The notes below the pieces were generated by a model that worked only from the letters and a program-made list of their open reading frames with translations, did not search any database and was not told the origin of the DNA. From Eledone cirrhosa (lineage: Eukaryota), in assembly GCA_964016885.1 (NCBI GenBank), contig OZ024745.1, positions 113,274,001-113,338,000 on the forward strand: 64,000 nucleotides of DNA. The letters are read 5' to 3'. Positions within the stretch are counted from its first letter, which is position 1. Each line of letters starts with the position of its first letter. Position numbers and translations under genes: made by a program. This document shows, in pieces, positions 1 to 12,734 of the stretch.

Positions 1-894
1 ATTGGGTTAAATGTATGCCGAAGAAAGTTTAATTAGTGCGTTCTGTAATGAAGTAATCTGATAGGAAATTTCACAATCAACAGATGATAGTGATATCGAT
101 TTCTAATGTTGGAAAAGGCAAGAAATTTGGAGACGTGGGAATGTTAATTGTATCGAACATAGTACGTGATTGTTTATTTTATTAACATCGGAAGGATGAA
201 AGGCAAAGTTGATCTCAGAGGGATGTGAGCTCAGAACTTAAAGAGCTGGAAAAGGCAATAAAGACGTTTTATCCAACCCTCGACAAAATGGACGAAACGG
301 CCAAAAGTGACGAGTCCAAACTGCCATTAGAAATAGCAGTCAATATAGAGCGTTTAAGATGATTCTATAGCAACCTACCCTCAATGATTTTGCTCTATAT
401 GTACTTGCTTCCCTGAATGAGATTATTTTACCGATCTCTTTTCATTGAAATATTATGCATATTTTGTTAATTTTAGTTATGCATAATATGCTGTTCACTA
501 TATGGTGAGCTGGTAGACGGTCTATATTGACTGCTATTTCTAATAGTAGGTTGGACTCGTCATTATACGAATATTTACCTTGTTGACAGATCTACGTATG
601 GGTGTAAGATTAATTTCTTATACCATGCGGGTTAAATGAAGAATGAACACACATCTATTAACGGGTGTATATATAAATAAATCCTCTGAAGAGAAGTCTA
701 TGCTGTTAACGATGGTCATATCAATCTATTTAAGGGCTATCTGTTAATCTTTTGGATTTTGAAACTGCAATAAGGATATGTTTTCTTTTATCCCTAGGGA
801 ATGGTGTTTCTACAAAAATCTACTCCTCAATGATTTTGTATATAATGTTCTATTTGTATTTGTAGTTCTGAATAAGATTATTTTAGCGACGTGA

Positions 895-1002
895 GTACGA
901 TACTGGATGCACTGCGGAAGAACTGGCAAACGCTATGAGAGACAGAGATGGATGGAGGAAACGTGTCGTAGAAAGCCGAGCAAGCTCGACCTAATGACGA
1001 TT
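895..1002 (+). mobile_element. 3' end fragment of an RTE/RTE-X-like LINE
   Basis: Translates DTGCTAEELANAMRDRDGWRKRVVESRASST*, matching the typical RTE C-terminal 'M.DR..WR' motif, followed by a TGA-type tail. Confidence 0.6.
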
Positions 1003-1045
1003 TTTCATTGAGATATTATATATATTCAGACAAATTTAATTATGT

Positions 1046-1235
<190 letters not shown>

Positions 1236-1515
1236 TATATATATGGAGGAATTTGTAGTTTACTTGACGTATTGTATATGGTATAAAGAATTCGAAGTTT
1301 GAAAGCCACGACAATGAGAAATGGACGAATAAGTAAATAAACATGACAGATGAAACAAGAAGTGTTTTGACATTAATTTATTTATATGTCTTGATATTTC
1401 AAGATTAAAATCTCATCTTCCGATGAAAATATAGGGACTATTCCAGTGTCCGGTGTGGCTCGCTATGGCCTAGGTCCACACCCACCGAAACCTATCAAAA
1501 TTATCATAGATATAG

Positions 1516-1665
<150 letters not shown>

Positions 1666-1675
1666 AGAGAGAGAA

Positions 1676-1790
1676 TAATAATAAATTTGAAGACTAAATT
1701 CCAAAGAGGGCTCGATAAGGATAAATATATATCACATATATAAGAACCGTAGAGTAAATATTTATCAAATATTGTTATTTTAATAAATAA
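1676..1790 (-). mobile_element. 3' tail of short (TA)n-associated repeat family C (other copies 14700-14790, ~17445-17545, 30692-31083, 37215-37821, 50195-50308)
   Basis: The motif TTTATCCTTATCGAGCCCTCTTTGGA(A/T)TTTAGTCTTCAAATTTATTATTA recurs at six loci, always next to (TA)n. Confidence 0.8.
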
Positions 1791-1897
1791 TTTATATATA
1801 TATATTGACAATATATATATATATATAAATATATATATTGACTACCTTGATTAAATCTTAACCATTTAACATGTCAGGGTATGTCATGTATCATTTT

Positions 1898-1963
1898 ATT
1901 TTATCTGATGAGGACGTACTATTGAATTTGATTCAAGTACCTCTGAAATATGTATAATAAAAT
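1898..1963 (+). ncRNA. type I hammerhead ribozyme motif (minimal stem III)
   Basis: ATTTTAT-CTGATGA-[GG..GTAC..TTGAAT/ATTCAA GTAC CTCT stem II]-GAAA-TATGTA-TA^-ATAAAAT; stem I is 7 bp. Confidence 0.7.
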
Positions 1964-2010
1964 TTTTAATTGATCACAAGAACATCTATTTTATTTTATT
2001 AATATTTAAA

Positions 2011-2058
<48 letters not shown>

Positions 2059-2668
2059 AATGGCGTGCTGCGTGGTTGCAAATGGGTTACATATGAATAA
2101 AATTAGTCCTTCATCAGTGATCTTCCAACCTTCATTGGTATTTCTTCGCTTTAAAGATCATATACCTCTGGTTGGTGCGAGCAATAACTAAAGAAAGTTA
2201 TTGGGACACGTGAATTAGGGTGAAGCGAGCGAGATATTTACACTCACACACATAGATGTGTGTGTGTGTGTGAGTGTGTGTGCATTTGTTGTTTGTTTTT
2301 GTTGTTGGAAAGCAAGAAAGAATATCCGGCCGCTTCAAATCGTGTTGAATTATATCGAAAACCTAAGGAGTAAGCGTGGCTCTACACATTGACAGATCAG
2401 CAAAGCAGTGTTTATAATGAATCGATAATAATCTACTGATTCGTTGGAATTAGGCGCAAAAACAGAGGGAAGAAATGATTATAAAATGATGCATTATAGA
2501 ATTAAATGTTCAGTTACCAAATAAATAATTATATAAAATCAATCGTATAAGCTGATTTTGTTTTACCCAAAATTTCCTTAATAATGTATTTTTTTTAATG
2601 GAAATTTATAAACATACGTTTTCGAAGGAATAGCTAAAGATAATTGGTTTTGCAAATCATTGTTGTAG

Positions 2669-2811
2669 AAATCTTATTATATACCTGTTGAAAATCTATG
2701 TATGTCATTATTCGTTTGGATATAATTCATAATCCTCACGAAATCCAAAGATACGATGAAAATATTTTCGACTCTTCGTCTTCTCCGGAACCCCTTGAAA
2801 CCGCAACTAAG
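2669..2811 (+). other. candidate exon of an unidentified spliced transcript
   Basis: tgttgtag| acceptor and AAG|gtaatt donor around non-repetitive sequence; one frame reads MYVIIRLDIIHNPHEIQRYDENIFDSSSSPEPLETATK. Confidence 0.3.
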
Positions 2812-4338
2812 GTAATTTCAAATTTGCAAATTTGAAACTATTTAAACTTGCAAATACGTAAAGATTTTTCATGCAGTAGAATGCTCGCTACACATTGTGA
2901 ATCATCCAGTATCAAGTTATTACTATATTCGTAATTAACGTGAACCAAATATGGTTATTAACTAGTCAAGTGTATCGAATTTTAATAGAAAACAGTTCGA
3001 CCGATTAACATTAGATATACGAGATAATTTTCTGTAAAATTATGTTCGTCTTTTTCGCTTTTCTTCTACTTCTAGTAAGGATATGAAACTCGTTGAAGAT
3101 CCACATCTTTGCGATGGATATGTATAGAGATGTGCACAAAAGTGTGTTGCAAGACGGATATTAAAAATATGCATCGTTTGTCATGAATAATAGGTTAAAT
3201 CTGTGTATTATTTATATGAAAAAATTAATACATCTTTAACCGTTGACCCATGAAAGTCGTTTCAATTTAACAAAACTCTTTCATTTTCTGACCGGACAAT
3301 CTCTGACTGGTAAATAATTTCAGTTTCAGCTATTCTTCGAATCAAAGAACCACTAAATTTTCTAGCTACCTTTAGTCTAGTGCAAATACAGATCAAATGT
3401 AATAAAACATGTGAACGAATGGGAGTATAAATTATAATATCTGTATTATGTTCCCTCTTTCATTTACAAGTGATCGTAGTAAACCACAAATTAAAGTTCC
3501 TTTCAATAAAGAAAAAAACAGAGCAACCCAATTGTAATCTACATCTACACCCGCAAACGTACTTCTACAGAATTGTACAAAATTACATGCATTATACAAA
3601 CGGTTTAGAGGAAATAAAGTTGGGTGCACTAAATTGTTGTTATGCCAATTCCATTACAAATGCTATTATTTAAGGTTATTCGGAAAAAGTGGAGAAGTAT
3701 AAAAATCCGGTATGACTACAGTTTCTTAATTTAGTATATCTATAATAATTATATTTTAAATGTATATATTATGATTACACTCAGGAAATTTCAAAAAAAG
3801 GAATGCGTTTTTTCTGGCATTGATCTTTGTATTGTATTTATTACTCGTTGATGTTTTCATTTATTGAATACTTTCGATCTGTATTTGTAGTACGCTAAAA
3901 GTAAACAAGATAATTTTTCTAGAATTCCTGCGAATTTTGTATAGATAATGAAAAATATCAATGAAGATAATGCCATAGAGTTTATGTTGGAACGTAAAGC
4001 TGTTTCGACAAATCTGAAATAGGGAAAAAGAAATATTTTCTTTAATTTCATCAACAGAATTGCAATCAACACCTTCGACAATCTATCTATGCAAAATATC
4101 ATTAACATGTATGCATTACTAAGAAACATGAAGAAACAAATTTGGTGGTGGGAAGTAGCATAATGCATCTATGCAAATATATCCACGGTAAAACGAAACT
4201 TATCGTTTTCTGTAATTCATTTATCTTGGGAAATGTTGAAATTTGGTGCTCAGTAAAAAAAATGAAATTAACGATAATGGGAATTGTAAAAATAACTTAG
4301 CTTTCTTGAATTACTTAAATGAATACATTTCATTTCAG

Positions 4339-4489
4339 AGTGAATATCTTGCATCTTTCACTCTAACAAAATATTGAACATAAAATGAAATCAAAATTCA
4401 GACAAACTGGCAACGAGTGGTGCCGAGAATTGAGATTCACGCATCGTTTGGATACCCACTGGAATATGTTTACAAGAAACATAGTCCAG
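4339..4489 (+). other. candidate exon (lncRNA or pseudogene)
   Basis: catttcag| acceptor and CCAG|gtagga donor; all frames have stops near the 5' end; ATG 4385 opens MKSKFRQTGNEWCRELRFTHRLDTHWNMFTRNIVQ. Confidence 0.35.
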
Positions 4490-5079
4490 GTAGGAAATAA
4501 TTTCATTATTGAAATGTAAAGAACAATCTTTTAAATACTTCGCTTACAAGATGTAAACATATAATTTGAGAAAAGTCATCAACGGTTGTACAAACAACGA
4601 ATTAAGTAGCTTTTTTCTCTCGGAAAATATATGAGAAGACCAAATAACTCGTGACACACGAACGCATCTAAATGAAGAGAAAGCATTGTTGGTGACGTTA
4701 AATTAAACCAGTCTGAAGATAATAATTTTGGTGCTGTGTCGTGTTTCATCAATATCCTTCATCGATCAGTTCGCATTGAAAGACATATATTTAATCATGA
4801 AAGTAGATTCGATAAAAATGTTTTTCTTTTTTCATTGTTACAATTCCACAATGAAAGCTTTTACTATCTCAATTATATTTTTCATAGGTCGTCATAAAAT
4901 CTATCTGGTCTCTACAATGTACATCTACGGAAAGCTCATGCGACGATTCCAGTATATAACCGCAAGAGATGACCGATCAAATATGTAGACTTACATAGGC
5001 TGCGAGTGTTTGGTCGCTTTTATGTTCATCAAATCTTTCATGTTCGTCTATATGTTTCGTATCAAACACTAAAACAAAG

Positions 5080-5830
5080 ACTGAACTGTGTAATAACAAA
5101 GGCTGAGATGTGTCATAACAACCAACGCTGAGCTGTGCCATAAGAAACATGGCTGTGATGTCTCATAACAACTAACAGTGAGCTGTCATAACAAATAACG
5201 CTGAGATGTGCCATGTCAACCATGGCTGAGATGTGACATAACAACCAACGGTGAGCTCTGTATTAAAAAAAAATGTAATGTCTTCTGTCATAACAAACAC
5301 TGGGCTGTGTTATAACAAATACGGAGCTGTGTCATAACAACAATCACTTGGCTGTGTCATAACCACAATCCCTGAGCTATGTCATAACAAACATTGAGCT
5401 GTGTCATAACAAACAACACTGAGAAATGTCATAGCAACAAACATTGAGCTGTGTCATAACAAACAACACTGAGAAATGTCATAGCAACAAACATTGAGCT
5501 GTGTCATAACAAACACAGTACAATGACAATACAACAATACTGATATGTGACATTATATTCAGTACCGGGCTGTTTCTTGACAACCACTACTGCTTTGCTG
5601 TCTCATTACAATAGACTCTGAGCTGAGTAGTGTCATTGCTTAAATGAGTCATTACAAATACTAACTGCTGAGTTATCATAACAATCCATACAAGCCGAGT
5701 TATGAAAACACACAGCTGATGCATTTGATTAGAATTATCATTTCATTGTTTTAATATAACCAACACTGAACTCAGCTCTATTATTGAATCACTGCTGAGG
5801 CGTGTCATTGCAAATATTACTTGCTGTAAC
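5080..5830 (+). repeat. degenerate minisatellite, ~23-26 bp unit CTGAGCTGTGTCATAACAAAC(AA)CA
   Basis: About 18 recognisable units at 5080-5520, decaying towards ~5830; includes a higher-order ~51-bp dimer at 5389-5515. Confidence 0.85.
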
Positions 5831-6671
5831 ATTCTAGCAATTGTTGAAGTGAAATGTTTTATATTGCTTAGTCACGAAAGAGAGTACTGTCCATGACTGC
5901 TTTTAGAAGTATTCAAGTCTGAGAAAGTTATTCTCAAACTGGAGTCTTCGTCTGAATGCTGGTAAAAGAATGAACTCCGTTAAGTACATTTAAGTGCCAG
6001 GTGATGGTTTGAAACTAGGCAACTACTGAAATCTACCACCTAAGTCAATCCTCACAGTGAAGCACCACTCAAACTACACTACAATTGAGTACTAGACAAA
6101 GCAGATAATATTTTATTTCAAAGCAAACACAGCCGTCTTCAATTGAGAAAGAACAAATTTGATAAACACTGAAATGTCTGAATGTATGAAGCCATAACTC
6201 CGGCTAGACTTGATCATTTTAAACCTTACGGAACCCTTCACTCTCCAGGCATCAACACATTCATTTTCTTACAGAGAAGAAGAGTAAATGATTTAGAGAA
6301 AGATAGAGAGAAAGAAACGATCTAGTACTCGACTGGAACTTAATTTTCTCGATCTCAAAAGGATGAAAGGCAAAGCTGACTCCAGTGGGATTTGTGCAGA
6401 GACTCGCAAAGAATATTGCAAAACATTCTATTTGACGTTTTAACAATTCTGTCAATTTGCCGCCAAGAGGTGATATATATATTATATGAACTATAAAGAT
6501 CATCTGAAAACAAAACAACATTCTGTCATATTACACTATTTTATAACTTTCGATTTTTCGCTTAAATCTTTAATAGTTATTAAAAGTTTTAAAGTAAATT
6601 CAATATTTGTTTTGATATTTTGTTTAATAAATGTATAAAAGCTATTTCATTATTTATTCATTTTTGTTTAG

Positions 6672-6750
6672 AAAGGACACATTGGTCTATGTCAGCGTAT
6701 TCAGAGAAGTATGAATAGATTACATGAACTAGCTGAAAACCGCCCGCTAG
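6672..6750 (+). other. candidate exon
   Basis: ttttgtttag| acceptor; donors at 6709 (gtatga) or 6751 (gtggcg); phase-0 frame KGHIGLCQRIQRSMNRLHELAENRPL is open. Confidence 0.3.
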
Positions 6751-8187
6751 GTGGCGTCTCTGATAGTTTTATTTTATTATTATTATTATTTTATAATGTT
6801 GAAATTAATGTGAAAATTAATTTGCACAAACAAGATGTGCTTGGCATATTAATAGATGTTTTTACCTGCGTTAGCTTCAAGAAGAGGGTTGTGTTTATGG
6901 CTTTCACATAGCATTTGTAGCGAACATAGAATTCTAGTTGTATGGTTTTCATGAATATGGGTGGCTGGAGTACAATAGTGATGCTGATATGTGTAAGGAT
7001 TGTATCTTTGTCCTATTGAAGTAAACAAGATTAACACGATCCTAATGAAGAAAGTATTCAAGGCGTTAGTTTATGAAAGTTAAGCGGGTTTAGCTTGAGG
7101 GGCTGAGATCTCATGGCCTTCTTGTTATTTATCTTTATGTCGTCCCTGGTCAAATGCACCTATAGCCGCGATTATGCGATAGTTTTCCGATATATATATA
7201 GGGTTTCAAATCATATTATACAACGTGATCTTTTTTAAAGACGTTAGGATGAGATTTGAAGGAAATTTAGTTGCTATTTCTTTCATATTGAATAACCATG
7301 TAGAAGCTCTCTCATTGGCTTATTCCGTGGGATTACTATTTCCATGCGGAAAGTTAGCACCTAAATATTAATGATCACTGTTTGGGTGGAGTGTAGATAA
7401 ATTGATAGAAATGCGAAACGAAATTGTTTGACGTTCATATCTTTCTCCAGACCGTTAGAATTGATATCTGATATAGCCAAAAGGTTACAAACTAAATAGT
7501 TTGCAGTTGTCTGACTGTTATCTGTATAATCGATACCGAAATAATGAGAGAGAATATCAAACAAAAAAATTAGCCTCTGCGAAAGAAGAGCATCATATTA
7601 TTATTGTTTTGTTAATGTTGATCTCCATTGCTAGTTTTCAGTACTAAACTCTAGTGATGATGTCTGCTTTCTATTAAATCAAAATAGATGAAACATCTAC
7701 CTCCCTATGGATAGAAGGCAACTCTTGCCACCCGAGGAATTCGACTCAGAAGGCTAAAATCGCAAAATACCCAATTTCCCATCAGTATTATAAATCTCGC
7801 TTTATTTCATTTTCAACCTGATAGTATTTATACTCGAAACATAAGGTGATTAAATTAAACACTTCATGATTAACCTTTAATTACAACAATAACGATTTCT
7901 AGTTTAATAACAAGACCAGTAATTTTTGGGATGAGAAATTCAATTGAATCGACCCCATTACTTCACTGGTACTTTAATTTATAGACCTAGGGAAATATGA
8001 AAGGTAACGGTGACCTCGACTGGATTTGAACTCAGAACGTAAAATGTCCTAACTAGATGTCAGAAAGCTTTTCGTCCGATGCTCTAACTATTCTCCAATC
8101 CATAACCCTATTAATTACAACAAAAATAATGATGTGCAAGAAATATATTTTTAGAAACAGTCTATTGGTTAATACTAGATTGGCACC

Positions 8188-8536
8188 TACTCTCGAATCT
8201 CCAATAATCGTTGCCCCCCCAACTATTTATTACCTTTTCAGACCCCCGACCCCTGCTTATTAAATTTTGCTAATCTTTCTCCGGCGAAACCTTTCTTTAT
8301 ACATTAAAAAAAATTATACATGACCAAAGTAGAGCATTACTAGAAATCCCATACATTAAAAAATATATAGGATGGGTTGGTGTCTCAATATGTAAACTAA
8401 AAGACTAATTCTGGTTTCTAAAAAAATCAACGGAGACAACCTTGAGAAATTAGCAATTTTCCAATCCCCCCGCTTATTCCACCCCCGATTCCACCCCCGC
8501 TTATTCCACCCCACTGTTATTTGGGACCCGAGAATA
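8188..8536. mobile_element. MITE / non-autonomous Tc1-mariner/pogo-type DNA transposon
   Basis: Imperfect TIRs TACTCTCGAATCTCCAATAA ... TTATTTGGGACCCGAGAATA, TA ends, and subterminal CCCCCGCTTATT repeats. Confidence 0.6.
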
Positions 8537-9297
8537 TTTGAATGATCGTCTAAGGATGAAATGTAAAGTCGAACTTAATCTGCTTTTTATAACGTAAAAT
8601 GATAAATCTAAATTCTGCCAGGCGTTTCATTTAGTAGAGTATTGATCATCCCAATCAAAACGCTTAATTATAATAATAAAGATTTCATTCATTAAGATAA
8701 GGCAATACATTAGGTGGAGAACGTTAAAATCGATTGAACCGACTGCCGGGGGATTTCATCTGAAAAAATAGAATGATTTATCTAAATACAATACATTATT
8801 TAGTTCAGTGCTCAACGGTTTCTAGTAGCCTTCACCATCAAAACTATATCTATAATTATGATATTTTAATTTTATGTCATGTCATTCAATCAATCAAAAG
8901 CCGCAGTCTAAAGTACCGTAGGTGTACAGAAAGAGAATACACTTCGCATCACCACCCAGTCATCAAGCAATCTCATCTTTTACCACCATCTCACTTTCCG
9001 TCTATCCGTTGCCCAGTCATCCATTTGTCTTCCTATATTTCTTTTACCGGAGTTTTGTTCACGCATGACCATATTCGTTAGAGGTAAATGACCAAATAAT
9101 TTAATTTCCTACCTGATCGGAATATTCTGCTGTTAGATTTCCCAACGATTTCTTTCCCAATAGATCATGCATCTTTAAAGAAAGGGTTCTTCTTAAGCAC
9201 TTTAAACATGGAGGGAATAACACATATGCCATAATTCTTATATAGAACATTAGATAAAATAAAGAACTCATGATGATCAGACCTTTTCTAAATGTCA

Positions 9298-9961
9298 TTG
9301 ATTCATCATCATGTTCTCTGAATGGGTGTACCACACTAGACACCTTAGTTGTAAGCTGTCGTCATTGGTTCTATGCTCCGTCATGCCTAGAAGGGTCTCT
9401 GTCTTGTGACCAGTCCAGTTATCGATATTGTCAGACTAGGACTGTATGTCTATCTTTTCTTCGCCTCCCCTCGACTGTGACATGAAAGATGGTTTGGGAC
9501 AAGGATTTGTGGCGGGCTATATGACCATACCAGGCAAGCTTCCGTCTTTTCACTGTTGCAAGGAGTGGTTCCTGTCTGCCAGCATATTTGTTAAGTTGTC
9601 TAACAAAGCCGTTTGATTTGTGCTCCGTGTGCGGGATGTGTAGCAACTTTCAGAGGCACTTGTCCTCAAATGGTTGCGATTCTTCGTTCCATGTCTACTG
9701 TGAGAATCCAACTCTCAAGGACTTGTATAGTTTGAGCTTCGTTGGAAAACTGACATTCAGTTTTACCATTGCAGAAGTAGCCAGGGCGAGTCTTGTCAAT
9801 ATCTCCTTTTGAGATCTGCCATCTTTGGTCAGAGTGCATCCTAGGTACTTGAAGGTGTCCACTTCTCCAGGTCTTCCTCCTTTCAGCATGATGTTGGTTG
9901 CTGTATTCGGATTATTACTATTAACCAGAATCTCCATTTCATATGCTGATCTCCATTCCAT
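9298..9961 (-). mobile_element. RTE-clade LINE, 3' part (RT C-terminus plus (ATG)n tail), degenerate
   Basis: YGMEIS...EVDTFKYLGCTLTKDGRSQKEILTRLALATSAM...KLKLYKSL; QEPLLATVKRRKLAWYGHIARH...VEGRRR; catcatcat tail at ~9303. Confidence 0.9.
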
Positions 9962-10620
9962 ATGCTCCTAGATGAAGATATTAACTCCTTATCCGACAAC
10001 ATCAAGGAAGCACTTCTAGAAACAACTTTAGAAGTTCTGGGTAGAAAGACGAAAAATAAACAATGGGTAACTGTTGACATCTTGGGCCTATGCGATTTAA
10101 GGCGTGACTTAAGAAGGACCAAGCGAACAGATCAGGAGGCAATACAACAATACAACGCTGGGATTAGGAAGGTTAGGAGGAAAATGAGGGAGGCCAAGAA
10201 GTGAATATGAGACCAGTGCAACAACATCGAAGCTGGAATAAAAAAGGGCAACAGCAAGGCTGCTTATGAAAGCCTCAAAATGATAACGAAAAGAAAGCAA
10301 TTCACCACCACTGTCATTGAGGACAAAACTGGCTTGCTCCTTACAGACGAGGCCCATGTCAGCAAAAGATGGTCTAAGTATTGTGAAGACCTTTATAAGC
10401 ACAAACTCAGACATCATATCAGCATCCTGGACAATTCCACCAATAAGGAAATGAAATTAAAGATACTGCAATTCCCCAGGAGTAAGTCAAAGAGGCAGTG
10501 CACATGCTTAAAGATGGTAAATCCCTTGGACTCGATAACGTCCATCAGAGCTCCTAAAGCAGGGAGGGCCAAACTTAATCAAGGCACTGACAGTTACCTG
10601 TCAGAAGATATGGGAAATGC
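9962..10620 (+). mobile_element. RTE-clade LINE EN-RT linker fragment, inverted relative to the 3' part
   Basis: IKEALLETTLEVLGRKTKNKQWVTVDILGLCDLRRDL...; IEDKTGLLLTDEAHVSKRWSKYCEDLY; GK SLG.D; ALTVTCQKIWE; contains frameshifts. Confidence 0.85.
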
Positions 10621-10993
10621 CATTACCAATGTTAAGGGGGCCACTGGAAATCGAAAGAGTCGCTTGCTGAGATCCTAACAACCACAATATGTCTATAGCA
10701 CCAAATCTTACGAAGGACCTGTATTTTAAAAGTCAGCGAGGGTATGTCTGCGTAATTTCATGACCTGCTAGAAATAGCAGGTAAATCTCCCTCATATTAC
10801 ATACGCTAAGATTGTGTGTGTGTTTGATATATTTCAGATAGAAATTACTTCTGCAAGACTAGAACTGGTAGATTCGTTTAAAATCATCATTCTAACGATA
10901 GCAAACAAATGCAACAGCTCTAGTCCAGCAAAAGTAATTTCTATCTGAAAATAAATAGACACGTACTTTCTCTGTTTGATGTATTGAATAACT

Positions 10994-11046
<53 letters not shown>

Positions 11047-11047
<1 letters not shown>

Positions 11048-11677
11048 AAAAGAATGGAACGAAATTTCATTTCTCACTCTTAGTACGGCTGATACATAAA
11101 TATAAGTATGTATACGTACATACATATATGTGTACAGACGCACGGTAGTATGTATATATATATACATACATGCACACTTATATATATGTACGTATGGGTT
11201 TACCGAACATTCATTATAATGCTCGGTTTGTTTGTAAACAAACAGCCCGAATTACGCCGTACAGTGCTCGGCAACCATCGCCGCCCCTTTGTTCAACACT
11301 GACACAGGAACGATGTACTAGTTTCAAGCTTATTAGCTATCGTCAGCATCGTATACCTTTCTGTCAGATGATTGAACGTCTGAAAGTATATTCTTTCCTT
11401 ATGCATATTAACGGCTGAGCAGCCTAATTTGCATATCGAGTGAGTTAGTCGGCCGGGCATACAGAAAACGATAAATGGAAAAGAATGAAACGAAATTTCA
11501 TTTGTCACTCTTAGTACGGCTGATACCTAAATATAAGTATGTATACGTACATAAATATATGTGTACAGACGTACAGTAGTATGTATATATATACATAATT
11601 GCACACATATATATATATGTACGAATGGGTTTACCGAACATTTATTATAATGTTCGGTTTGTTTGTAAACAAACAGC
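11047..11677 (-). mobile_element. hammerhead-containing repeat (family D), ~1.5 tandem units of ~430 bp; Penelope pLTR/retrozyme-like
   Basis: 11047-11246 is repeated at 11477-11677; homologous in inverted orientation to 42761-43167; contains an intact hammerhead. Confidence 0.75.
11310..11352 (-). ncRNA. minimal type I hammerhead ribozyme
   Basis: Reverse complement ACGATG-CTGACGA-TAGCT AATA AGCTT-GAAA-CTAG-TA^-CATCGT; identical to 42843-42885. Confidence 0.9.
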
Positions 11678-11707
11678 TATACGTACATATATATATATAT
11701 GTGTACA

Positions 11708-12734
11708 TGTGCGGAAATGTTGCGGGGCATAAGGTGAAACCATTTTTCATTTATCGCTCCCAAACCCCACGTGCATTAAAGAACGTGAACAAACACACGC
11801 TGCCAGTGTCTTATCGGGCAAACAACAAGGCATGGATGACGCAATCTTAGTTCAAGGACTGGTTCATCAACTGCTTTATACCTGCAGCCAGGGAATACTG
11901 CCTTGAAAACAACATAGCCTTCAAGATTCTACTTCTCCTCGATAATGCCCGAGGCCTCCCCCAACATATTGATGACCTGCATCCTAATGTTAAAGTAGTG
12001 TATCTGCCCCAAAATACGACGTCAATTCTTCAACCAATGGACCAGGGGTGATATCTACTTTCAAGGCGTATTATTTACGAACTACTTTTGCACAGGCAGT
12101 AACAGCAACGGAGGATGACGTAATGGATCTTCGTGAATTTTGGAAAGATTTTAATATTGTCAACTGTATCAAGAACATCGACGGAGCTTGGCGGGACGTG
12201 AGTGAAAAATGTATTAAAGGTGTATGGAAAAAGTGCTTGAAAAGGTTTGTTAATAATTTTGAAGGTTTCGATAAAAATTCAGATTTTGAAGTGATAAGTA
12301 ATAAAAGTGTTGGTCTTGCTCAAAAATTGCGGTTGGAAGTGGATGCGCAAGATGTGGAAAGTCTAGTGAACTTTGTTGAAGGAGAGTTGACTGACGAAGA
12401 TTTAATAGAGTTGGAAGAGCAGCGACATAGAGAAGAGTTGGAAAAAGCAGCAGAACAACCAGATGAGGAACAGAAAAAGTTCACTGTTAAGGGCTTGGCG
12501 GAAGTATTCACGCATATGAGTAAGGCGGTGTCAGGATTGGAGGCAATGGATCCTAACATTGAACGCTTGGCAAAATTTCAAAGACATTCGGAAGATGGAC
12601 TACGTTGCTATCGTGAAATTTATGATGAAATAAAAAAGAAAACAAAACAGTCATCTATGCTGAGCTTTCTGGTGAAAACTCCGATTCCAACCCCACATAC
12701 ATACATACCAAATATCTGTAGTACTATAATATGA
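11708..12734 (+). pseudogene. Tigger-type (TIGD-like) DDE transposase pseudogene
   Basis: CGNVAGHKVKPFFIYRSQTPRALKN..NNKAWMT..FKDWF..KILLLLDNA..LPQNTTSILQPMDQGVISTFKAYYLR; TAG at 11848 and a 1-nt frameshift near 12047. Confidence 0.9.

Noticed and set aside
1375-1430. Minus-strand hammerhead-like CGGAAGA..GAAA
   Set aside because: The core is mutated and stem I does not pair; at best a relic.
2100-2170. Minus-strand CTGATGA with stem I (TGATCTT/AAGATCA) as a type III hammerhead
   Set aside because: No GAAA or stem III follows.
4339-4400. Stop-codon recoding (alternative code or RNA editing) to rescue the exon frames
   Set aside because: Different stop types (TGA, TAA, TAG) occur in several frames, and there is no homology evidence to justify recoding.
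5080-5520. CRISPR-like appearance of the ~24-bp repeats (also the 22-bp array at 52131)
   Set aside because: Units are contiguous without unique spacers, there are no cas genes, and the context is eukaryotic.
11047-11677. 5' arm of the Tigger element
   Set aside because: No TIR; it occurs independently at 42761 and carries a hammerhead, so it is a separate element.
12048-12734. Domesticated TIGD gene (228-aa ORF)
   Set aside because: Upstream stop and frameshift, missing DNA-binding N-terminus, and a retained TIR indicate a dead transposon.
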